Of a stretch of DNA of 39,318 nucleotides, positions 22,120 through 33,593 are shown piece after piece (within the stretch, counting starts at the first letter, position 1; every line of letters starts with the position of its first letter). Source of the stretch: Chiloscyllium plagiosum (Eukaryota); contig NC_057752.1 of assembly GCF_004010195.1 (NCBI RefSeq), positions 7,976,835-8,016,152 on the forward strand, given 5' to 3'. Position numbers and translations under genes: made by a program. Below the pieces are notes generated by a model. It did no database searches and was not told the DNA's origin. It saw nothing but the letters and a program-made list of their open reading frames with translations.

Positions 22120-23835
22120 CTGGAAAAGTAAAAAGACAAAACTATTTGTCTATAGAAACAGGAGTAAGCCACTCAGCCCCTTGAGCTTGCTCAATCTAAA
22201 TCATTTGAGATCATGTACCTCACTGCCATTTTCTCATGCTATCTCCATATTCCTGTATGTCAGTAGTATCTCAAAATTCATCAATGTGTCTTGGAAAAAA
22301 CTCAATGACTGAATTTACACTGCCCTCTGGGATACAGAATTGCAGAGATTCACTATCGTCTGAGTGAAAAAATTATTCCTCAATTGAGTCCAAAGTGGCT
22401 TACCCTTATTCTGAGTCTATGTTCTGGTTCTAGAGCATTCCCCCACCCCCACCTTGCACCTTTGTTCCTCCTACCAAAGTAGATAACTTCACACTTATCC
22501 ACATATATCCCATCTGTAATGTTCCTGCCCACGAACTCAATCTGTCAAAATCCCCATGAAGCCTCTTTCCTCTTTGCACCTCATTTTATTCCATCCTCAA
22601 ATTCGGAACTATTGCATTTTATCCTCTTAAAAGGCGATCTTATTGAAACATACATATTTCTTAGGGTACTTGACATGGTAGATGCAGAGAGGTTGTTTAT
22701 TTTGTGGGAGAGACTCGGACTGGAAGGCATAATCTCAGAATAATACATCACTTATTTAAGACAGAGAATAAGGAGGAATTTCTTCTCTCAGGTCGCAGTG
22801 AATTTGTGTAGTTGTTTTTTGTAGAGGCTGCAGAGATTAGGTCGTTAAGTATATTCAAGGCTGAGAAAAACAGATTATTTTTATCAGGAAGGGAATCATG
22901 GATTATGGAAAAAGGCAGGAAAGTGAAGTTGAGGATTACCAGATCAACAATGATCTCAATGAATGGAGAGCAGACTTGGGCTGAATGGCCTACTTCTGCG
23001 CCTAGGTCTTAGGGTCCTCACATCCAGATAGTTTCCTATCAACCTGTTCAGAGATGTTATTACAAACCTCTGGAGCAGGTGGCACTTGAACATAGGCCTG
23101 CTGACTCAGAGGTAGGGCCACTACTGCTGCACCACAAGAGCCCTAGGTCCCCACATTCAAATCATCAATATAGATTGTGAGAAATTGCGGCTCGAAGCAC
23201 AGTGCCTTGCTTTACTCCAATAATGACAGCTGTCAACCTGCGAACAGCCCATTTATTTCAACTCTCTGTTTTCACTTATAAATCCTCAACCCATGCCAGT
23301 ATATCACTTTATTTTTTTAAATATGGGATGTTGGTATTGTTGGCTGTTGGCCCATCTCAAATTGCCAGAAGGCATTAAAGAATTACCCATTTTGCTGGAG
23401 TCTGTATTCATGCTGGCCAGTTTAGGTAAGGATGGCAGATTTGCTTCCCTAAAGGACATTAGTGAACCAGATGTTTTTTTTACGACAATTGATAATGGTT
23501 TACGTAGTCATCATTAGACTTCCAATTTCAGATTTTACTGAATTCAACTTTCACCATCTGTGATGAGATTCAAACCAGGGTCACCAAAACATTACCAGGA
23601 TTTCTGTATTAATACTCCAGTGACCACCATACCATCACCTCCCCTCGGTTACACCCCTATTCTGTGTGATCTTATTTGGTTAACTAATCTGTGTAGGACT
23701 TTATGAAAAGCCTTCTGAAAATCCAAGTGCACCACATCCACTGGTTTCTCCCTTTGTCAAACATGACTTCCCTTTCATAAATAATATTGATTATATCTAA
23801 TCAGACTTTCTAACTGTCCATCCTTTATCAGTTCC

Positions 23836-23997
23836 GATTCGGAGATGCCGGTGTTGGACTGGGGTGTACAAAGTTAAAAATCACATAACACCAGGTTATA
23901 GTCAACAGGCTGATGAAGGAGCGTCGCTCCGAAAGCTAGTGTGTTTCCAATTAAACCTGTTGGACTATAACCTGGTGTTGTGTGATTTTTAACTTTA
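23836..23997. mobile_element. Penelope-type terminal repeat in fold-back arrangement (related copies at 2272-2400 and 28083-28276)
   Basis: aaagttaaaaatcacataacaccaggttatagtc is inverted as gactataacctggtgttgtgtgatttttaacttt. Confidence 0.75.
23910..23941 (+). ncRNA. Minimal hammerhead ribozyme core in a Penelope-type inverted repeat
   Basis: CUGAUGA-A-GGAGC-GUC-GCUCC-GAAAG-CUA-GUG; perfect stem II, but the 5' strand of stem I is replaced at an inversion junction. Confidence 0.6.
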
Positions 23998-25428
23998 TCA
24001 CTTCCACTATTTTCCCTACTATTGACATCAGTCTAAAATGTTATAATTCCCTGTATTCTCTCTCTCTCACTTTTAAAACAGTGGGGTTACATTTGCAACC
24101 TTACAATCAGCAGGCATTGTTCCAAAATATACAGAATTTTAAAAAAAATCATAGGAACACAGGACTCAAGAGCAAGATTAAACCATTTGGCCCCTCCAGC
24201 CTGGTCGACCATTTCATAAAATCTTGGCTGATCTGTTGTGGTCTCATTTGCACTTTACTGACTGCACCAGAAATCCACTGACCCCCTTGTCTATCAAAAA
24301 TCGCCACAGCCTTGAACAAACTTAGCCTCCACTATCTTCTGGGAAAGAGAATTCCATACACTCTGTAATAAAAAGAATTCATGTCTTCAAGGTCGATCTC
24401 TTATTGTTAAATTATGTTCCCTCATTTTACTCTCCTCCATCTTACATGTTTCAATAGGATCACTTCTTGTTTTACAAAACTCCAATGGTTACATAACCTG
24501 CTCAACCTTATTTCATAAGATAACATTGTCATAACAGAAATGAGTTGAGTGAACCTGCTCTGAATTGCTTTTTAAAAGCAATCTTTTCCTCAAAAATGGA
24601 GACCGAATTGTACACAGTATTTCAGATGTGGCTTCACCAATGCTCTATAACAGCTGCAGTAAAACTTGTCTATTTTTATATTGCTTTCTCCTGCAACAAA
24701 CACAACCTTCCAATTACCTAACAAATTATTTGCTAGACCTTTGTTCTGTTACAACCAAGGTTGGAGGAGTTCACAATATCTCTCTCATCACTATTCTACT
24801 GGTCACAACATTGTCAGTCACTGAGTAAAACAAACATATACTTCATATGAAGTTCAGAATAAAAAGATCCATCAACCAGGTGTCTTCAAAGATTCACAAA
24901 GATACAAAGCCAATTTAACACAGTGTGAAATGTGAAAGTGTAAATATTTACTCTATTAAATAGCCTAACACAGATAAAAACACACACCAGTTAAATAAAA
25001 TAAAGAAACCTTCTCTACAGAGATTAATTTTGGAGAAAGAAAAACTTCTGCCAGATACTTGTTAATTCTCAGAAAACAAGGTATGATATGTTCCTGACAA
25101 CTTTCAAACTGGTGTCACCGCACATGTCACGCCACTGGGATCCTCTCAGAAGTAAAACATTCAGAAGATGCTAAGAGGAAACCTTCCAGAGGCTATCAGG
25201 GACAATAGCTGTTTGTTTTTCAGCTTTTCATGGGATTCTCAAGAGGGCTTCTTAGAAAGGTGGCAAAGGCTGAACTGAGGGGCCACAAGGTACATCACAA
25301 CTGAATTCCAAACAATCTCAATATAATTTGAACTGCAGACATACATAAATTCAGACATGTGACTTCCATTAAGCAGTTTTCAAACAAAGTGCCCCACAGT
25401 GCCTTTCCAGTGAAAGTGAAAGAAAACT

Positions 25429-25748
25429 GGCGGCATGGTGGCTCAGTGGTTAGCACTGCTGCCTCACAGCGTCAGTAACCCAGGTTCAATTCCCGCCTTG
25501 GGTGACTGTCTGTGTGGAGTCTGCACATTCTCCCTGTGTTTGCATGGGTTTCCTCCGGGTGCTCCGGTTTTCTCCCACAGTCCAAAGATGTGTTGGTCAG
25601 GTGAACTGGCCATGGGAAATTGCCCATAGCGTTAGGTGCATTAGTCAGAGGCAAATATAGGGGAGAGGAGTGGGTCTTGGTGGATGTGGACTTGTTAGGC
25701 CGAAAGGCCTGTTTCCATACTGTAGGGAACCTAATCTAATCTAAAAAA
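25429..25748 (+). mobile_element. tRNA-derived SINE (HE1-like)
   Basis: ggcggcatggtggctcagtggttagc A box, ggttcaattcc B box, (ctaat)n tail. Confidence 0.9.
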
Positions 25749-26399
25749 TAGGAGCAAGTATCTTCTCAGACATAGATCCTCAAAACATAGTAGTAATGGA
25801 AGCACCTTCATGACAATGCTAAGCTTATGTGATTCATGTATCAGGGAATATAGAACCCAATGAATTCTGAAGATTCTCTCCATTTAAAAAGCATACTGTG
25901 TTTCTATTCCTCCTGAGAAAATGGACAAGTTCACAGGTACCCATGTTATACGACATCTGCCAATTTTTCTCCCCACCACTCACTTAAATTGTCTATCACT
26001 TTGTAGACTCTCTAGTGTCACTCATATTAATTGTAAATAATTGAGAATCTGGCACTAATCGATGAGGCACTCCAGTCATGGCAGCTTGCCAACACGAGAA
26101 AGACCCATTTATCCCTATTCTCTGCTTATGAGCCAACCAATTCTTTTTATCCTTGCAAATATATTACCCGCACATATGGTTCATCACTCTGCACGACAGT
26201 TCACATATCTTGTGCAGGGAGCAGAACCACAGATTGCCAATGCATCCACAACATCAACAAGCACGTCTTTCAACATTTTGGGACGTAAATCATCAGAGTC
26301 GCATGGTATTGTTAAGCTTCAATCCCATGAATTTATCCAGACTACTTTTTTTTTAAACAAATAATTTCTTTCAGTTCCTCATCCTCACTAACTGCATTT

Positions 26400-27107
26400 A
26401 GTTCAATGCAAGAGACCTAACAGGGAAGGCAGATGAACTCAGGGCATGGGTAGGAACATGGGACTGGGATGTCATAGCAATTACAGAGACATGGTTCAGG
26501 GATGGACAGGACTGGTAACTTAATGTTCCAGAATATAAATGCTGCAGGAAGGATAGAAAGGGAGGCAAGAGAGGAGGGGGAGTGACATTTTTGATAAGGG
26601 ATAACATCACGGCTGTACTTAGGGAGGATATTCTTGGGAATGCATCCAGGGTAGTTATTTGGATGGAACTCAGAAATAAGAATGGGATGATCACCTTATT
26701 GGGATTGTACTATGGACTCCCCAGTAGTCAGTAGGAAATTGAGATACAAATTTGAAAGGAGATCTCAGTTATCTGTAAGAATAATAGGGTGGTTATGGTA
26801 GGGGATTTTAACGTTCCAAACATGGACAGGCATTGTCACAGTTTTAAGAGTTGAAATGGAGAGGAATTTGTTAAGCGTGTACAAGAAAATTTTCTGATAC
26901 CGTATTTTTGTTGGACCAACTAGAAAAGATGGTTTCTCCTCTTGGGAAATAACGCAGGGCAAGTGACTGAGATGTCAGTGGGGGAGCACTTTGGGGCCAG
27001 CGACCATAATTCTATTAGTTTTTAAATAGTGATAGAAAAAAGGATAGATAGCATCTAAAAGTTAAAGTTCTAAATTGGAGGAAGGTCAAGTTTGATGGCA
27101 TTAGGCA
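26400..27107 (+). mobile_element. CR1 LINE ORF2 endonuclease relic
   Basis: FNARDLTGKADELRAWVGTWDWDVIAITETW...RKDRKGGKRGGGV...VGDFN motifs, with stops. Confidence 0.88.
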
Positions 27108-27607
27108 NNNNNNNNNNNNNNNNNNNNNNNNNNNNNNNNNNNNNNNNNNNNNNNNNNNNNNNNNNNNNNNNNNNNNNNNNNNNNNNNNNNNNNNNNNNNN
27201 NNNNNNNNNNNNNNNNNNNNNNNNNNNNNNNNNNNNNNNNNNNNNNNNNNNNNNNNNNNNNNNNNNNNNNNNNNNNNNNNNNNNNNNNNNNNNNNNNNNN
27301 NNNNNNNNNNNNNNNNNNNNNNNNNNNNNNNNNNNNNNNNNNNNNNNNNNNNNNNNNNNNNNNNNNNNNNNNNNNNNNNNNNNNNNNNNNNNNNNNNNNN
27401 NNNNNNNNNNNNNNNNNNNNNNNNNNNNNNNNNNNNNNNNNNNNNNNNNNNNNNNNNNNNNNNNNNNNNNNNNNNNNNNNNNNNNNNNNNNNNNNNNNNN
27501 NNNNNNNNNNNNNNNNNNNNNNNNNNNNNNNNNNNNNNNNNNNNNNNNNNNNNNNNNNNNNNNNNNNNNNNNNNNNNNNNNNNNNNNNNNNNNNNNNNNN
27601 NNNNNNN

Positions 27608-27960
27608 TTGTCCACTATCTAGGCCTTTTGGAAATGCTCAATGCATTTGGCACTTTGCGAATGCTGCTGCTCCAGTTTAGGTGCTCTTGGGCAAAAAAGC
27701 TCTGAAGATGTTATTGGGGATATTGCAGTTTTTCAGGAAGGCTGTGAGGATGTCCTTGAAGGATTTCTCTGCCCTCTTGGTAACTGCTTACCATGATGGA
27801 ACTTGCAGTAGATAGCTTATTTTGGAAGACTTGTTTCAGGTATGCAGAAAGCTTTGTTGTGATGACAAAGGGGATGTTTTGCTTTGGAGTAAATGTGAAA
27901 CAGTTCTGACTAACCCAGCACATCCGTTGGCTAATATTGAAAAGCCACATTGCAAGGAGT
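27608..27960 (-). mobile_element. RTE-clade LINE 3' relic
   Basis: GQRNPSR/SFKDILTAFLKNCNIP...NWSSSIR resembles the RTE ORF C-terminus (KRFKDxLKxxLKxCxI...WRxxI). Confidence 0.55.
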
Positions 27961-29369
27961 TCTGAGAAATGCTGTTGAACCACCCATAGCAAAAAAGACC
28001 AGGAAGCTGGATAAACTCAGTTGAAAGTGCTTAGAAATAGGAACTGCCCTCAGAGTAATGTGTGCAACAGTGTTTGTTCAATAAGTTAAAAATCACACGA
28101 CACCAGGTTATAGTCCAACAGGTTTATTTGAAAATATAAGCTTTCAGAGCGCTGCTTCTTCTTCAGATAGCTAGTGAAGCAGATACATAGGATACAGAAT
28201 TTATAAGAAAAGGATCAAAGTGTCGTGTGATTTTTAACTTTGTCCACCTTGGTCCAACATCAGCACCTTCATATCATGTTCAATAAGTGGAACAACTTTA
28301 AACTTCTGAAGTGACATCTAGAATGTTTCATTCTGTTCACGATACTAGCTGCAGACATTGACTTTTAAGCTGATAAACTCTAAGCCAAATATGAAGAGCA
28401 ACATCACATGAAATACATTTAATCACACCTGGCTGTTATACGATAGACACTGTACTTAGTTGTACAAGCTGGAGCAGACATTTGATTAATCTAGCCTTGC
28501 TTTGCATTCAGTTCTCTTCCGCCTTTGATTTTGCGCCAACAGCCATTGCACTTGTACAGTACTTATGCCAGAACCTCATTAAAGCTCTAGAATGCATGCC
28601 AAAATATTTTAATAAATAGCTTGAGCATTTTCTTGATTTTTGCACTGGGAATGTATTTTTTATCCTCTAGGAACTTTTTGTCTATTTCTCAATCGATCGC
28701 TCTCATTTTCTACCTCAGTCTCTCTATCTTTCCCCAAAACAATCGCAGACCACACCCTTCCATCCTAAATGACTCCCACAAATTACTCATACATCCTTCC
28801 CACAACCACTACTCATAGCATTGCTACCCTCATTTTCAGTCATCCATTACACACCGTTCCCATATGCCTTCTGCTTCACTTGGTGAGTGAGGATACAGAG
28901 AAGTAATCCATTATTCTGCATCCATTAGCACTCCTAAATGGGGAATTAATGTGCAACCATAGAGTCATAGAGCACAGAAACAGATGCTTCCCTTCAACTA
29001 GTCCATGCCAACCAGGTTTCCCAAACTAAACTAGTCCCACTTGCCTGCATTAGGGCTTTTGCCCGAAACGTCGATTTTACTGCTCCTCGGATGCTGCCTG
29101 ATCTGCTGTGCTCTTCCAGCACCACTAATCCAGAATCTGGTTTCCAGCATCTGCAGTCATTGTTTTTACCATAGCCCACCAAACCTTTCCTATTTATGCT
29201 CCTATTCAAATGTCTTTTAAACGTTGTGACAGTACTTGCATCTACCACTTCCTCTGGCAGTTCATTCTACATATGAACCACTCTCTGTGTGAAAAAGTTG
29301 CCCCTCAGGTCCCTTTTAAATCTTGCCCCTCACACCTTAAAAAGATGACAATTAGTTTTGAATGCCCTA

Positions 29370-29602
29370 CAAAGATAACTCCAGAGAGGCCAGTATCCCA
29401 TCACCACTTCAACCTTTATTTATGTTGGAGAGTCCTTGACACTAATCCACTTTCTCAGAACCAGCTCTCAGAATGAGCAGAACCTGCGACACTCCTGTTT
29501 ATATCTGTCGGCCAGGGCTCCCTGATTGAACTAGATTAACAGCCACAATCAGGGAACTCATATTCTAAAGTCCATCTGGCTAACCTCATTACAATCACTA
29601 CA
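29370..29602 (-). mobile_element. Solo LTR of the same Gypsy family, empty target site
   Basis: Colinear with 10161-10395; single gacactcctgttt at 29488-29500, overlapping TATAAA (- strand, 29498-29503). Confidence 0.88.
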
Positions 29603-30369
29603 TCTGCCCTAGGTTAAGTCAGAATGAGGTCAGAATAAATATCATCTGACAGCAGACAAGCTCAGTCTGTGACCACTCTAGGCAATTTAATGATGAACTA
29701 CCTTTTTTTTTATGACAAATTAATGGCAGCTTTATAACATACTTACCAGTTAAAGAAAAAAAAATAGCAAGTAGTTCCAAATAGTACTGACTGAGCTGTT
29801 GCTTTCACAAGATCTCTGCGCCTCTTGCATTCATTATCCACCTTCCTTCACCAGTTTCTATTCACAGTTCATTGCTATTCTGGTCATCAACTGGTCATCA
29901 ACAATGCAACAGCTGCCTCATCAGTCAAGATTATTTCACTCATATAATGGGAATATTCAGTCAACAACAATATACCTATTAGGTTATATAATGTTTAAAT
30001 ATTATGCAATGATTAATCAAGTGAAATGCTGCTGAGGCACTTGTCATAAAGTAACTGAAGCATTAATGTGGTAATGACTTTGGGCAATGAAAGTAACCAA
30101 AATTAATGCAAGTTACATATCTGAGGGTCCCAGATAAATTCAAGTTGCAAAGTACTCATAGATGAACTGTTTCCGATTGATGGAGTTTTAGATTTACTAT
30201 AAAGTTACAGTTTATTTTCCTGCACTCTTCAAGATTTAAAAACTGCTAACAGTAGAGCATCTGTGAAGCAGTTCCATATGCCCTTTTATTTACAGCCCAC
30301 AGTATAGCTGAGGCACAGCTTGGTGCCAAGCAAGAGTAAAGAGAGCTAGAACACAGTTCAGGGCCTCAC

Positions 30370-30464
30370 TTTCCCAGGCAGTGAATCCCTGGTTTAAAAA
30401 CACAGGTGATGAACAGAAGGTTGGACAGAGCTTTCCTGACTCCTCCAATGACACTGGCAGAGAC
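30370..30464 (-). CDS. Speculative linker exon (phase 2 to 1) that could join the ESYT exons to the unknown downstream exons
   Basis: ttattcctag|G...GAAA|gtgagg, 95 nt, open in the required frame (RSLPVSLEESGKLCPTFCSSPVFLNQGFTAWE). Splice sites are only moderate and I recognise no homology. Confidence 0.25.
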
Positions 30465-30714
30465 CTAGGAATAATTTTTAAAAATGTGCTAAGATAATTT
30501 CACTGATATACCCCAGTTTTTTTTAAAGCAGTTGTGAATCAATCGAAAAACCAAGTGTCAACATCAAAGGTCAAGGAAATACACTAGATTAATGCATCAA
30601 GCAGGAAAAGGCAAATAAATTACAAATATGACAGCTAATATGTACTTCTATATGCAAGGAGCTTTCATCTTGGAGCTTAAGCAGGAAAGTGGAATTAAAC
30701 GGTGAGTCAATTAC

Positions 30715-30788
30715 CTGATATGCAGGTCAAGTGTGACCTGCCTTTTGTCTGTACCTGTATGCACCTGTACTCCATGAATCTTCAGAGG
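30715..30788 (-). CDS. ESYT1: ESYT1-like SMP-domain exon
   Basis: 74-nt phase 0-2 exon gtctttcag|CCT...ATCAG|gtaatt encoding PLKIHGVQVHTGTDKRQVTLDLHI(S/R) (cf. PLRIIGVKVHPGQRKEQILLDLNIS). Confidence 0.87.
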
Positions 30789-31009
30789 CTGAAAGACATT
30801 CAGAGGTATGATCAGATCTCCAGCAACACAGACCTGAACAATTCGCATTTTGTAATATATTTGGAACCTATTTCAGCTTTTTTGGTCCACAGTAAACAGG
30901 CTTCTGCTTCTGACAGTAAAAGCTCCCACTGGGTCCTCACATTTAGCAAGGGAATAGCTGAAAGTCACAGATTTCTCAGTCAATTCTTCGTTGCTTCCCA
31001 CTGGAACCA

Positions 31010-31320
31010 AGAGGTACCTGGTGACTAGGGAGTCCAAAACAGTCTGAAGATACAGGGTAGGACATTTAGGACTGAAGTATGGAGAAATGTCTTCACCCAG
31101 ACCGTGGTGAACCTGTGGAATTCTCGACCACAGAAAGTGGTTAAGGCCAAAATACTGAAGGTATTCAAGAATGAGTCAGATATAGTTCTTCAGTTAAGGG
31201 ATTAAAGGGTATGGGGAGAAAGTGGGAACAAGATACAGTGTTGCTCATGAATCATACTGAATGATGGAGCAGACTGGAAGGGCTGAATGGCCGACACCTG
31301 CATCTATTTTCTATATTTCT
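31010..31320 (+). mobile_element. CR1 3' end fragment
   Basis: gagaaatgtcttcacccagaccgtggtgaacctgtggaattc...gggctgaatggcc...ttttctatatttct tail. Confidence 0.75.
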
Positions 31321-32167
31321 ACGTTAACAATTGACTGCAATGCCCTGTATTAGAGGAAGCTCTTTAGGCTGGGATGAATGCTATCCTGTAACTGCAGCTG
31401 AGATGTAATCATGTGTAAATGTCGAAAGATGACAGGGTTAGCTTCAGCTGTCATGGTCCTGACAAACTCATTGCTTAGATTCACACTCAAATGATGGCCA
31501 CCATCATAAGTTACAGAAGGGTGATCAGTACCCATGATTCATCATGATAAGATACTAGAGGGGACAGCATCCAGAGTGAGCCCTCTCTTGTGTAAATATC
31601 CCAGTATGACATTTCTTTTCAGTAGAAATGAGTCAAATGAGTTGACACATTCATCATTGACCAAATTATGCTGGTAGGTCTCTAGAAATCTACAAATTCA
31701 TTAATATTGTAGGCTGCATTCGATTGGAACCTCAGTAGATATTTGTTATTATCAATAATGCGAGGGAATTGGGAGGCAGATATATCTTGCAGGTAGTTTA
31801 GTAAGGAATATCAAACCACCAATATATCATTTCACCGTGTTGCACAGTTCAAAACATTCTCTTCACACGTGACCCAACCTTGGAAGGGGAAATGAGTTGT
31901 TGTCAGTGAGGACAAGTTTGGATTCTACAGTCAAATAGCCTACCAGCACTCATGGCCAACACTCAGATGAGAAGGGTTTGCATGGAACTGGATCAGCAAC
32001 TTCACTCGAGGATAAAATTGGGTGAAGGTGCTGCAAAAGGTTAACATTCAATTGTTCTTTAAATGTACCCGAGGGATGCACTGTATCAAACACAGAAAAA
32101 AACCCATACCAAAACATTGTGGAAATTAACGATTGTTAGAGTAACACCTGCACAGGTACAGAATTAC

Positions 32168-32302
32168 CTTCACTCCAAAGCTGACTTTTGTGAAGGCAAA
32201 GGTTTGCAGATGATTGTTTGAATTCCGAATAATGGGAGCAATGGAGTTCACCAACAGCTTCTCCAGGTACTGACCAACAAATGGCCATGCTTGCTGTAGA
32301 AC
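32168..32302 (-). CDS. ESYT1: ESYT1-like SMP-domain exon
   Basis: 135-nt phase 0-0 exon ttggtag|GTT...AAG|gtaatt encoding VLQQAWPFVGQYLEKLLVNSIAPIIRNSNNHLQTFAFTKVSFGVK (cf. IVAQVWPFLGQYMEKLLAETVAPAVRGSNPHLQTFTFTRVELGEK). Confidence 0.9.
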
Positions 32303-33119
32303 CTACCAATAAAGAATCTCCGTTAGCTTGTTACATTTGGGATCTAACAATTACACCTCGCCCCAGATGTCATAATAGTTTTGTCAGTTATTGTTGCTTT
32401 CTTTAAGCTTATTCTGTTCATTCTTCCTAACTGACAGGACAGTCAAAAATATCTTCTTTTAGAACTTTAGATAGCTCCATAAGTAGTTGTTCGGAAACTT
32501 GCAAGACCAGTCCCATAGAAACCTGCCCTCCAAATTTAGTTTACTCCCTAAATGGAAGGAAGACACCTGGTCATCTCCTTTCTAAGTAGACATTAAATAC
32601 TTGAACTATGAGCAATTTCAGATAGAATCCTGAACAAATTAATCAGGCTTAACCCAAGTTTACTAGTCAGGAATTAAAGCCCATATGTTAAACTAAGTCA
32701 CCTGGCAGGAACTGAGCAGGCCAGTCTTATCCTATATTTTAGCACTGGCAGACTACCTTTATTTTGATGTTATTTGGAGAATATAGAAGTTTGTAATCAG
32801 TGTAGCATTCAATATTATTCATTTACACACTTACTATTCAATAAAGGGTCTGCTATTTTTAGCCTGAATGAAGTCTGATACACTACTTATTCTCCTGTGT
32901 ACTGAAGTGAAGAAAGCAATTTCAGCTCACATTGGATACCCAAAGAGCAATGCTACATAGCGAGTGGGTAAAAATATACTCCAGTTAGTAGAGGGAGGGG
33001 GTTTTGGCACTAAGCCTGAAGAAAATATCTTGTGGGAAACAGCACAAACCAAATGCTGCCTTTCCCTACTGTGGATATGGTTGTCTGATGCACACTGGCA
33101 TTCACTATCAAGGAACAAG

Positions 33120-33515
33120 GTTTAAAACATAGAGTACTTACAGCACATAAAGAAGCCATTTGGCCCATCAAGTTATTTCTCACCCTTCAAAAGAGCATCC
33201 CACCCAGACCCAGACCCAGCCCACAACCCTATCCCCATAACACCACATTTAGCAGGACCAATCCATATAACCTGCATATCTCTGGACACTACGGACAATT
33301 TAGCATGGCCAATCCACCTCGCTTGCACATCCCTGGACTCTGCGGGACAATTTAGTATGCCCAATCCACCCTAACCTGCACATCCTTGAACTGTGGGATG
33401 AAACCGGAGCACCCAGCAGCAACTCACGCAGACATTGGGTGAATGTGCAAACTCCACACAATCACTCAAGGATGGAACTGAACCTGGGTTCCACCACTGA
33501 GTCACCATGCTGCCC
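33120..33515 (-). mobile_element. tRNA-derived SINE with internal ~45-bp triplication
   Basis: Head ...gagtcaccatgctgccc; three copies of atttagca/gtatgg(c)caatcca...gcacatc between about 33245 and 33390. Confidence 0.8.
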
Positions 33516-33593
33516 TAAAATATATATAATTGGATAGATATAAGAACTCTAGTTTAAAAATTACTTTTCAGGAAATATTACAGCATTTATAAG

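Larger units (their letters stand above)
22150..26010. mobile_element. Cluster of CR1/L2 3' fragments and other repeats
   Basis: LKGDLIETYIFLRVLDMVDAERLF (22627-22700) and CR1-type ends at 22150-22540, 24150-24745 and 25816-26010; boundaries approximate. Confidence 0.65.

Noticed and set aside
25429..25505. tRNA gene (also 425-495)
   Set aside because: A/B boxes belong to SINE heads that continue into the SINE body and tail.
27070..27622. 176-181 aa ORFs
   Set aside because: Artefacts of the 500-N gap.
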